A stretch of DNA of 20,000 nt from an uncultured virus (IMG/VR IMGVR_UViG_3300049740_001611). Its lineage: Duplodnaviria > Heunggongvirae > Uroviricota > Caudoviricetes. The notes below the pieces were generated by a model that saw only the letters and a list, made by a program, of their open reading frames with translations, searched no databases and had not been told where the DNA came from. Made by a program: the position numbers and the translations under genes. Of this stretch, positions 1 through 7,826 are shown piece after piece. The stretch lies in the IMG/VR virus record IMGVR_UViG_3300049740_001611. The stretch is one strand, 5' to 3'. The stretch's first letter is position 1. The number at the start of each line of letters is the position of its first letter.

Positions 1-1
1 T

Positions 2-616
2 CATGCTAGTCTAGGTCCTGTGATTGGGCAGATTAGTGCCAAGGAGTTACAAGATAAAGGAGTATTATCCAAATGTCATGTTAACGTAGTACAATTAATC
101 GATACCGTAGCACATACTGGTTATCAAGAAGAATTAAAATATCTTGTTACAAATAAAGACAGAATTGAATACATAGGCAAGCTATTAAACACAGTAAAAG
201 AATCAGGCAACACACTTATATTAGTAGACAGAATCTCCGCAGGAGAAATGTTAGCAGAACTAATACCCAATAGTACTTTCATTAGTGGAAGTGTTAAAGT
301 AAAAGACCGTAAGGAAACATATGATACAATTAGAGAAGGTACCAATGAAGTCATTATCGCAACATATGGAGTTGCGGCAGTAGGACTTAATATACCTAGA
401 ATTTTTAATCTTGTACTTATTGAACCTGGAAAGTCTTTTGTTCGGGTAATCCAATCTATTGGTAGAGGCGTAAGAAAGGCAAAAGACAAAGACTTCGTAC
501 AAATATGGGATCTTACATCAACATGTAAGTTCGCGAAGCGACATCTGACCCAACGTAAGAAATTTTACAAAGAAGCAGAGTACCCATTTACAATAGAAAA
601 AGTGGAATGGAATTAA
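2..616 (+). CDS. uvsW: SF2 DNA helicase, T4 UvsW-like (C-terminal part; 5' end outside window)
   Basis: Frame open from window start; motifs IATYGVAAVGLNIP (V) and IQSIGRGVR (VI); C-terminal WDL...RH...RKKFY typical of UvsW. Confidence 0.85.
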   Translation, partial: HASLGPVIGQISAKELQDKGVLSKCHVNVVQLIDTVAHTGYQEELKYLVTNKDRIEYIGKLLNTVKESGNTLILVDRISAGEMLAELIPNSTFISGSVKVKDRKETYDTIREGTNEVIIATYGVAAVGLNIPRIFNLVLIEPGKSFVRVIQSIGRGVRKAKDKDFVQIWDLTSTCKFAKRHLTQRKKFYKEAEYPFTIEKVEWN

Positions 617-1122
617 TGAAAATATTAACCTTAGAAAACCAATGCTTCAATTTAGACGAACTACCAGATACAATAGAAGACGATGTACGCTTTAGTGTAC
701 TTGATAACAGTGATCCAAAAAACCCTGATTTCTTTTTTGTGCCTTTAATCTTTTTAGAATCGTTTAGTTCTCCGGCAATGGTATTAGAAATTGGCGGCAA
801 AGAAATTACAATGCCAGTTGATTGGAGTATTGCTGTAGGCTGTTCAGAAAGCGGCAATGATCTAGAAATACTACCCTTAACAAGTATTAATGATAGAGGA
901 TTTGAAGCATTCATATTTAATCCGTTATCAAGTTTTAAACCTAACTTTGCAGATATTAATATTGTAAATTTTTATACAGATGTAAAATGGTATTTTCCAA
1001 AATTAAAAAATGGACAATTACTAAGTGTACCAATAGGAGACGGACATAAACCTGATTGTGCATTTTTTGTAAAAGATATTAGCAGACAATGCGAAGTTAT
1101 AGAATACAGTCTATTGATGTAA
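616..1122 (+). CDS. Conserved phage hypothetical protein, possible degenerate Hint (intein-like) fold
   Basis: TAATG coupling to helicase stop gives ATG at 616; beta-rich pattern resembling Hint blocks without catalytic residues. Confidence 0.7.
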   Translation: MKILTLENQCFNLDELPDTIEDDVRFSVLDNSDPKNPDFFFVPLIFLESFSSPAMVLEIGGKEITMPVDWSIAVGCSESGNDLEILPLTSINDRGFEAFIFNPLSSFKPNFADINIVNFYTDVKWYFPKLKNGQLLSVPIGDGHKPDCAFFVKDISRQCEVIEYSLLM

Positions 1123-1370
1123 TGATACCCGGCGAGACACTGATATACGAACGAGTTGACGGAGTTGTCTATGCTCGTTATCGAGATATGCCTGATATTG
1201 ATCGTTGGATTGTTGGAGGAGATCCGGGAGGAATGGCTAGAGCACAAGGTGATTTATTTGACTACAGTGAATGGCAAAACTTGTGTAAATTGGCAAAAAC
1301 AAATACTACTCTTAAAAAATTAATGGATAAGTTAGTAACAACTTATTACATTGTAAAGGAAGAACAATGA
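1122..1370 (+). CDS. Hypothetical protein (82 aa, MIPGETLIYERVDG...)
   Basis: TAATG overlap at 1120-1124; ATGA overlap with kdsA. Confidence 0.7.
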   Translation: MIPGETLIYERVDGVVYARYRDMPDIDRWIVGGDPGGMARAQGDLFDYSEWQNLCKLAKTNTTLKKLMDKLVTTYYIVKEEQ

Positions 1371-2143
1371 GAATTATAGCAGGACCCTGCCAACATGAAT
1401 CACTACAGCAAAGTTTAGAGATTGCAAAAGAATGCAAACGTGTATGCGACAAGTATGATATTGATTATTACTTTAAAGCAAGTTATGATAAAGCTAATCG
1501 AAGTAGTTTACAGGGAGTGCGCGGTCTTGGAATAAATGCAACACTTAACCACTTCCTAGAACTAAAAGTAGAACTAGGTGTAAAAACACTTACTGATGTT
1601 CATGATCATGTACAAGTTGCACGTATCGAAAGAGAATTTAAATATGCAGTTGATGTCTATCAGATTCCTGCATTTTTGTGTAGACAAACTGATCTACTAA
1701 AAGCAGTATGTGCTACAGATAAAATTGTTAATATTAAAAAAGGACAGTTTCTAGCACCCTGGGACATGAAAGGCATTTTGTCTAAAACCGATGGTGCTAA
1801 GGAAGTTTGGATCACTGAACGAGGAACTAGTTTTGGATATAACAACTTGGTTGTTGATTTTACCGGCATTGATTATATGCTTTCTACTTTTGATTGCCCT
1901 GTGGTTTTTGATGCCACACACAGCGTACAGAAGCCGGGTGGCCTTGGAGGTAGTAGCGGCGGCAATAGGGATTACGTTCCTGGTTTACTTCGCGCGGCAA
2001 GTGCTTTGGGTGTTAGAGACTTCTTTATAGAGACACACCCTGACCCAGATAACGCACCCAGCGACGGACCAAATATGTTACGCTTAGACGACTTTGAAAA
2101 GGTTGTTAAAGATATTATTGCAATTAGAAAGGCAGTAGAATGA
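1367..2143 (+). CDS. kdsA: KDO-8-phosphate synthase (3-deoxy-8-phosphooctulonate synthase)
   Basis: IAGPC, FKASYDKANRSS, QIPAFLCRQTDL, NIKKGQFLAP, ERGTSFGY, FDATHSVQKPG, ETHPDPDNAPSDGPN; SD AAGGA. Confidence 0.96.
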   Translation: MRIIAGPCQHESLQQSLEIAKECKRVCDKYDIDYYFKASYDKANRSSLQGVRGLGINATLNHFLELKVELGVKTLTDVHDHVQVARIEREFKYAVDVYQIPAFLCRQTDLLKAVCATDKIVNIKKGQFLAPWDMKGILSKTDGAKEVWITERGTSFGYNNLVVDFTGIDYMLSTFDCPVVFDATHSVQKPGGLGGSSGGNRDYVPGLLRAASALGVRDFFIETHPDPDNAPSDGPNMLRLDDFEKVVKDIIAIRKAVE

Positions 2144-2301
2144 AAAAAGAGAAGTCTCCGTATATGGAAATTATTAATCGCGAATGTAAAAAAGATGGCA
2201 AAGGCCGTTTTAAGACATTAGATGTATTACGTGTATCTAGACGATTATATGATGAGCAGCAAGAACTTATCAATTTGATTGCAACACGGACACGTAAGTA
2301 G
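2140..2301 (+). CDS. Small hypothetical protein (53 aa, MKKEKSPYMEII...)
   Basis: Not in ORF track; ATGA overlap with kdsA stop, ends 1 nt before kdsB ATG, filling the gap exactly. Confidence 0.6.
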   Translation: MKKEKSPYMEIINRECKKDGKGRFKTLDVLRVSRRLYDEQQELINLIATRTRK

Positions 2302-2302
2302 A

Positions 2303-2986
2303 ATGAAGAAAACAGCAATACTAATTCCAGCACGTTACGCAAGCACACGCCTGCCCGGAAAGCCTTTAATACAGTTAGATGGCGTTCCTATGATAAAACG
2401 TGTGTATGACGCTTGTGTTGCGTCTAAGATACCAACATACGTGCTTACTGATGACGATCGTATTGCTGATAAATTTGATCCAGAACATGTATTGTTAGAT
2501 TCGGCAAAATACGAAAACGGTACAGAAAGATGCGCAGGCGCAATTAAGAATGCAATGTTTGACAAGTACGATCAGTTTATAAACGTACAAGGCGACATGC
2601 CCGATGTAACTGTTGCATTGATTCAACAAGTACTTTGGCACCTTAAGAATTATTCAGTAACAACAATATTTACAGACATGCCTGAGGATAAACAAAACGA
2701 TCCAAACTCAGTTAAGATGGTACGCGGTGGTGATCAAGCACTATGGTTTGGTAGAGGCATGACTGGTTACGGCGACTGGCACTTAGGAGTATATGGATAC
2801 AAACGTAATCCGTTAGAAATGTATAGTGGACTAGAAGTAACACAAGAAGAACAAGTAGAAAAATTAGAACAACTACGTTGGTTAAAAAACGGTTGGCAAA
2901 TTGGTTGTTTGAGTGTACAATATAATGGAGTAGAAATAAATTCTCCAGAGGATGTAGAAGAATGGCACAGCAAGCATTTCCAGTAA
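2303..2986 (+). CDS. kdsB: CMP-KDO synthetase (3-deoxy-manno-octulosonate cytidylyltransferase)
   Basis: IPARYASTRLPGKPL, GTERC, INVQGD, HLGVYGY, EKLEQLRWL. Confidence 0.94.
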   Translation: MKKTAILIPARYASTRLPGKPLIQLDGVPMIKRVYDACVASKIPTYVLTDDDRIADKFDPEHVLLDSAKYENGTERCAGAIKNAMFDKYDQFINVQGDMPDVTVALIQQVLWHLKNYSVTTIFTDMPEDKQNDPNSVKMVRGGDQALWFGRGMTGYGDWHLGVYGYKRNPLEMYSGLEVTQEEQVEKLEQLRWLKNGWQIGCLSVQYNGVEINSPEDVEEWHSKHFQ

Positions 2987-3420
2987 AAGATGTACTAGCA
3001 TGTTTAGACAGCAATGCTAAAGGTGTTTGGGACGAACTTACAGACGAACAGAAAAAAGGTGTAAACTTTTGGCTGTTGAATAGATATGCAAGTTCAGTTG
3101 CAGGCAGCAGAGAAGCACAAGAGCTTGCTGTTGTTATGACTAACCAAATCTATAACAAAAACTGGAATGAGCTAGGAGCACGACATCCTAAACTACAATG
3201 GCAGTTACTATGTTCTCTGCATAACGCAAACAGTGATATAAGACGACATGTATGGATTGGCTTTAAGAAAAAGTCAGGCGATAATAGTAAAGGCGTAAAA
3301 CTGCTAGAAAAAATATATCCTAATATGAAAACAGATGAGGTAGAGTTACTTGCTAGATTATCTACAAAAAAAGAACTCAAAGAATTGGCTAAAGAATATG
3401 ACATCGATGTCAAACTCTGA
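2962..3420 (+). CDS. Putative sliding-clamp loader small subunit (T4 gp62-like)
   Basis: FWLLNRYAS...N...LQWQLL...W pattern resembles gp62; suitable size; replication context. Confidence 0.55.
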   Translation: MAQQAFPVKDVLACLDSNAKGVWDELTDEQKKGVNFWLLNRYASSVAGSREAQELAVVMTNQIYNKNWNELGARHPKLQWQLLCSLHNANSDIRRHVWIGFKKKSGDNSKGVKLLEKIYPNMKTDEVELLARLSTKKELKELAKEYDIDVKL

Positions 3421-4096
3421 AAAGCCATACAAATGCGAATATTGCGGCAACGGTTATATGAAAGAAAAAACATTAGCCGCGCATATGTGTGAGCCAAAAA
3501 GACGTTGGCTACAAAAAGATGAAAAAAGAGTGAGGTACGGTTTATATGCATTCCAAAGATTCTACACCCTCTCAGCAGGGAACAAAAAAGAAAAAACGTA
3601 TGAAGATTTTGTCGGGTCACCCTATTATAATGCTTTTGTTAAGTTTGGCTCCTTTATTAGCAATGTGCGTCCTTTATATCCTGAAAAATATATTGACTAC
3701 GTTGTAACTAGTGGAGTTAAATTAGATCACTGGGCCAGAGACGAATTATATGAAAAGTATGTATTAGAGTTCATACTTAAAGAAGATGTGACTACAGCAT
3801 TAGAAAGAAGTGTTAAAACAATGATGGAATGGGCAGAAGACAAAAGTGCTCCATGGAATCATTACTTTCATCATGTAAGTCTTAACAAAGCGGTATGGGA
3901 TATTAAAGACGGAAAAATATCTCCATGGCTAATACTTAATTGTAAGAGCGGTAAAGACATGCTAAGTAAGTTTACTGATGAGCAGCTTAGCCTTGTATAT
4001 CATGTTATTAATCCACAACATTGGGCCATGCGCTTCAAAAGGCTTCCAAATGATATGCAGTTAGTTAAAGATATAGCAAAGGAATCAAAGTTATGA
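3407..4096 (+). CDS. Hypothetical protein with N-terminal C2H2/C2HC-type zinc finger
   Basis: YKCEYCGNGYMKEKTLAAHMC; start could be 3398 or 3407. Confidence 0.7.
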   Translation: MSNSEKPYKCEYCGNGYMKEKTLAAHMCEPKRRWLQKDEKRVRYGLYAFQRFYTLSAGNKKEKTYEDFVGSPYYNAFVKFGSFISNVRPLYPEKYIDYVVTSGVKLDHWARDELYEKYVLEFILKEDVTTALERSVKTMMEWAEDKSAPWNHYFHHVSLNKAVWDIKDGKISPWLILNCKSGKDMLSKFTDEQLSLVYHVINPQHWAMRFKRLPNDMQLVKDIAKESKL

Positions 4097-4446
4097 AAGC
4101 AGGAAAAATTTGGGGTCAGACAGAACTGATTCACGCAAACGGTGTGTTAGAATTTCACCGTATTGAATATAAAGCAGGATACAAGTGTTCAGAACACGAG
4201 CATCAGTTTAAATGGAATGGATTTTATGTAGAGTCAGGAAAAATGATTGTACGTGTTTGGCAAGATGATCAAGGACTAGTTGATGAAACTATTCTTGAAG
4301 CTGGAGACTTTACACAAGTAAAGCCTGGCAAGGTACATCAGTTTGAAGGTTTAGAGGATGGTGTTGCTTTTGAACTGTACTGGGCAGAATTTAATCACGA
4401 TGACATTGTTCGCCGCACTAGCGGCACATCCACAAAAAGGAAATAA
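4093..4446 (+). CDS. Cupin-domain protein (sugar isomerase-like)
   Basis: CSEHEHQFKWNGFYVESG and AGDFTQVKPGKVHQF cupin motifs; ATGA coupled. Confidence 0.8.
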   Translation: MKAGKIWGQTELIHANGVLEFHRIEYKAGYKCSEHEHQFKWNGFYVESGKMIVRVWQDDQGLVDETILEAGDFTQVKPGKVHQFEGLEDGVAFELYWAEFNHDDIVRRTSGTSTKRK

Positions 4447-4449
4447 ATT

Positions 4450-4947
4450 ATGGAATTAGTATATTATCCAGATCCTATTCTAAGTAAAGAATTACAAGAT
4501 GTAAATATTGAAGAACCGCAGTTTGATCCTTTGCGCCTAAAAAAAGATATGGCTGTAGCTATGCTGTTAAACAACGGCATAGGATTAACAGCATCACAAG
4601 TCGGCTTGGACTATAAAGTGTTTACAATGGGTGACAAAGCTGAAAATGTTACTTTACATATTAACCCAACTGTGCTACAATATACAGAAGAAGTTAGTAC
4701 AGAGATTGAAGGTTGTTTAAGTTTTCCTGGTATGTTTGTAAAAGTAAAACGTCCAGCTGAAATACTTGCAGAATACTATGACGAATTTTTAAAGAAACAA
4801 ACGGTTAAAATTACAGGATATAGTGCTAGAGTTTATCTACACGAATTGGATCATTGTTTGGGTATTACTATGAAAGATAGATGTAGTAAAATAAAATGGG
4901 ATATGGCAAAGAAAAAAGCACGTAAGATGGAGAAGAAAGTTGCCTGA
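4450..4947 (+). CDS. def: Peptide deformylase
   Basis: GIGLTASQVG, EGCLSFPG, HELDH motifs; SD AAGGA. Confidence 0.95.
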   Translation: MELVYYPDPILSKELQDVNIEEPQFDPLRLKKDMAVAMLLNNGIGLTASQVGLDYKVFTMGDKAENVTLHINPTVLQYTEEVSTEIEGCLSFPGMFVKVKRPAEILAEYYDEFLKKQTVKITGYSARVYLHELDHCLGITMKDRCSKIKWDMAKKKARKMEKKVA

Positions 4948-5500
4948 TATTGATATAGATTTTGCTGATCGAGATGTAATACTATCTAAACTTACACATC
5001 GTGTGGCAAAATTAAACACGGGCAAAAAACATAATACTGGAGTATATGCTACTGAGATTCCGCACAACCCAGTAGATAATCTAAGTACTATTGAACACAA
5101 GACTGCTGACGAACGTGGCTATTTTAAATTAGATTTTTTAAATGTAAGTATATACAAAGATGTTACAAATGAGGAACATCTTCAACAACTAATGACTAAG
5201 GAACCACAATGGGAACTCCTCGAACACGACGATTTCAGCAGTCTAGTATTTCACGTCGCAGGACATGGAACTATATTAAAGACAATGCGTCCGAAAACAA
5301 TAGAACAACTAGCGGCAGTACTAGCAATGATACGTCCAGCCAAAAGACACTTAGTCGGAGAAACTTGGGAAAAGGTGATGAAGGAAGTTTGGATTAAACC
5401 AACGGACAATAGTTATTACTTTAAGAAAGCACATGCTGTTTCTTATGCAATGGCTGTTGTAGTGCATATGAATTTAATATGCGAAAAGGTTAGTTCTTAG
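4940..5500 (+). CDS. Miniature or split DNA polymerase III alpha (family C) catalytic fragment
   Basis: TTG start; MPDIDIDF, KHNTGVY, FKLDFL, AMIRPA, YFKKAHAVSY correspond to DnaE palm and fingers motifs. Confidence 0.85.
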   Translation: MPDIDIDFADRDVILSKLTHRVAKLNTGKKHNTGVYATEIPHNPVDNLSTIEHKTADERGYFKLDFLNVSIYKDVTNEEHLQQLMTKEPQWELLEHDDFSSLVFHVAGHGTILKTMRPKTIEQLAAVLAMIRPAKRHLVGETWEKVMKEVWIKPTDNSYYFKKAHAVSYAMAVVVHMNLICEKVSS

Positions 5501-5861
5501 GTTTACGTACTAGTTGTACACTACGTCTTTTTATTCGTTTGACTGTTAGATTATTTAAATTTACACAAGGTCCTAATGTTACTCTGACATCTTTACTATT
5601 CATAGTAATAATAGAATACTTAAAAATGTCCATTTCTTTCTTTAGAAAGATGTTGATCGGAATCAAACGATTTGATTCCCACCACCATACATCACCTAAC
5701 TCTAAAAACTTTAGTTCATCTTCTCTAGTTTTCAAATCAGTATACACGTACATGCTTGTAACAGTAGCGTCTTGATTTATAACAATCCCGATATATTCGT
5801 TGCCGCCATAAGTTACAACGCTTAAAAAAGGAAAATTTTCTTGTATGTCTTTTGTTAACAT
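5490..5861 (-). CDS. Hypothetical protein (123 aa) with basic C-terminus
   Basis: Long ORF filling the gap, GGA upstream of ATG; WWWESNRLIPINIFL motif. Confidence 0.7.
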   Translation of the reverse strand: MLTKDIQENFPFLSVVTYGGNEYIGIVINQDATVTSMYVYTDLKTREDELKFLELGDVWWWESNRLIPINIFLKKEMDIFKYSIITMNSKDVRVTLGPCVNLNNLTVKRIKRRSVQLVRKPKN

Positions 5862-5871
5862 GTTTTTCCGA

Positions 5872-5881
5872 TAAATATAAT
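5872..5881 (+). promoter_or_regulatory. T4-like late promoter core TAAATA, 4 nt before ATG
   Basis: gaTAAATA-taat-ATG; no SD. Confidence 0.6.
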
Positions 5882-6667
5882 ATGCAATTAGTACCTAGAT
5901 ATTTAGTAAAAAATATAACCACCATAGTAGCAGATGTGGCTGGATTCGTAACGGAGTATAGACCAGTGTATAGCAAACAACTTCAAGTATATAAAGGCAT
6001 CGATAATGTATTAGAATTTAGAACATATAATGCAGATCAAAGACCTATAAACATATCAACTTACACACCAAAATTTGTCGCATTTGACGAAGCTAATAAT
6101 ATGGTATTAGAAAAAGATGCAACTATTTTAGACGACGGCAGCGTACCAAAACGCGGCAAGTTTAGTGTAACTGTTACTGAAAATGATCTACTTAATATTA
6201 AACAACAGTATTTAAGTTACAACATATACTTACAAGAAGCAGATGGTGATAAGGTTCTTACTTACTCGCACAGTAACTTTGACAATGACGCAACTATCTA
6301 TGTCAACGCAAAAACATTCCCTGGTCCTCTTGCTACGCGATCAATAGCATCATTCCAACAAGAAGGTGTTGGAGTTAACACATGGTATAGCAGTACAATT
6401 GACGCACAACCAGGTATCAACGGCAACGAAGCTCTGCATACAGCAGCAGCGTATACAGCATCATACATTGGTGATCTTGTAGTACAAGCTACTTTAGATA
6501 ATCAAGTATCAGATACTACTAGCTGGGCTGACATAGCAACGTTGACATTTACTGGTAATGAAACTATGCCAACACCAGTAAACTTTAACGGAGTGTTTAG
6601 TCACTTACGATTCAAAGTAACAGCAAATCCAGCAGATAAAATCACACAAATTCTAGTTAGAAATTGA
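5882..6667 (+). CDS. Putative virion structural protein (BppU/baseplate-like N-terminal Ig fold)
   Basis: Late-type promoter; VYKGIDNVLEF..NADQRPINIS...GKFSVTVTENDL pattern; beta-rich T/A/V composition. Confidence 0.55.
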   Translation: MQLVPRYLVKNITTIVADVAGFVTEYRPVYSKQLQVYKGIDNVLEFRTYNADQRPINISTYTPKFVAFDEANNMVLEKDATILDDGSVPKRGKFSVTVTENDLLNIKQQYLSYNIYLQEADGDKVLTYSHSNFDNDATIYVNAKTFPGPLATRSIASFQQEGVGVNTWYSSTIDAQPGINGNEALHTAAAYTASYIGDLVVQATLDNQVSDTTSWADIATLTFTGNETMPTPVNFNGVFSHLRFKVTANPADKITQILVRN

Positions 6668-6696
6668 TTGACAAACTAGCATAACTACGCTATAAT
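6668..6696 (+). promoter_or_regulatory. Perfect sigma70 consensus promoter for primase
   Basis: TTGACA(6668-6673)-17 nt-TATAAT(6691-6696); ATG 6 nt downstream. Confidence 0.9.
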
Positions 6697-6702
6697 AATA
6701 GT

Positions 6703-7692
6703 ATGAGTGTAGTAAGCGAAACAGTTCTGACATACTTACCTTCTAAGAGAAAAACAACTCCTAGTGGCTGGCTATCATTCAATGCGCCCTGCTGTCATCA
6801 TAACGGACATGCCGCTGATAATAGAGGCAGAGGAGGACTTATAGATAACGCAGACGGAGGCATAAGCTATCACTGTTTTAACTGCGGATTTAAAGCTTCA
6901 TGGCAACCAGGGCGTAACTTTTCACATAAACTGCGAAGGCTCCTGCAATGGATGGGAGCGCCTGACGATATAATCAATAAGGTGGCACTTGAAGTGATGA
7001 GAGAGAACGAAGGTGTGCAAGCAAAAGAACGTATTGCTGAACTACCTTCGTTCAATACAGTTCCGTTACCAGACGATGCAATTAAAGTTGCTGATATTAC
7101 AGATTTCAACAAATATAGTTTGGCTATATTAGAGTATATGGCACAACGTAGACTAAATCTAGATGACACAGATTATTACTGGTCGCCGAGTCTAGGATAT
7201 CGTGATAGATTAATTATACCATTTTATTATGAAGGTAACATAGTAGGATGGACTGGTCGTAGTATACTTGAAGATAAAAAGCCTAAGTACTTAACAGAAG
7301 TACAGCCTGGGTTTGTGTACGGCTTAGATGATCAAACATATAATAAAGTATTTGCTATTGTATGCGAAGGCCAGATTGATGCTATACATATAGAAGGATG
7401 TGCGTTAGGAGGCAGTGAAATAAGCGATCAGCAATCTATGCTACTAAATAGATTACAGAAGGATATTATTGTTGTACCTGATAGAGATAAAGCAGGAAGC
7501 AAACTAGTTGAACGTGCTATTGAACTAGGCTGGCATGTTAGTTTACCAACCTGGGCTAAAGGTATTAATGATATCGGCGATGCTGTAGATAAGTACGGTA
7601 GACTGTATACATTACATAGTATAGCAAGTGAAGCTACAGATAGCGCACTTAAAATTAGGTTAAAAGCAAAAAAATGGTTTGGGAGTAACTAA
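6703..7692 (+). CDS. DNA primase (T4 gp61/DnaG-like; Zn-binding plus TOPRIM)
   Basis: APCC...YHCFNCG zinc ribbon; RLIIPF...GWTGR; CEGQIDA; PDRDKAG; NDIGD. Confidence 0.9.
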   Translation: MSVVSETVLTYLPSKRKTTPSGWLSFNAPCCHHNGHAADNRGRGGLIDNADGGISYHCFNCGFKASWQPGRNFSHKLRRLLQWMGAPDDIINKVALEVMRENEGVQAKERIAELPSFNTVPLPDDAIKVADITDFNKYSLAILEYMAQRRLNLDDTDYYWSPSLGYRDRLIIPFYYEGNIVGWTGRSILEDKKPKYLTEVQPGFVYGLDDQTYNKVFAIVCEGQIDAIHIEGCALGGSEISDQQSMLLNRLQKDIIVVPDRDKAGSKLVERAIELGWHVSLPTWAKGINDIGDAVDKYGRLYTLHSIASEATDSALKIRLKAKKWFGSN

Positions 7693-7826
7693 TGAAAACA
7701 ATTAAAAAAGTATTGAAGTTTTTATGGTCTATTATTACATGGCCATATAGAAAGATTAAAGAAGAAATAGAATTTAGAAAACGTATAAAGAAGTTACGGG
7801 AACAGGACCCGTTTATTTACAAATGA
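7692..7826 (+). CDS. Small basic peptide (44 aa) ending DPFIYK, associated with the carbamoyltransferase
   Basis: Not in ORF track; TAATG overlap with primase stop and ATGA overlap with the next gene; MKTIKKVLKFLWSIITWPY...REQDPFIYK. Confidence 0.75.
   Translation: MKTIKKVLKFLWSIITWPYRKIKEEIEFRKRIKKLREQDPFIYK

Noticed and set aside
4921..4960. Frameshift fusion of def to the DnaE fragment
   Set aside because: def is complete with its own stop, no clear slippery site, and no upstream DnaE sequence recognised in other frames
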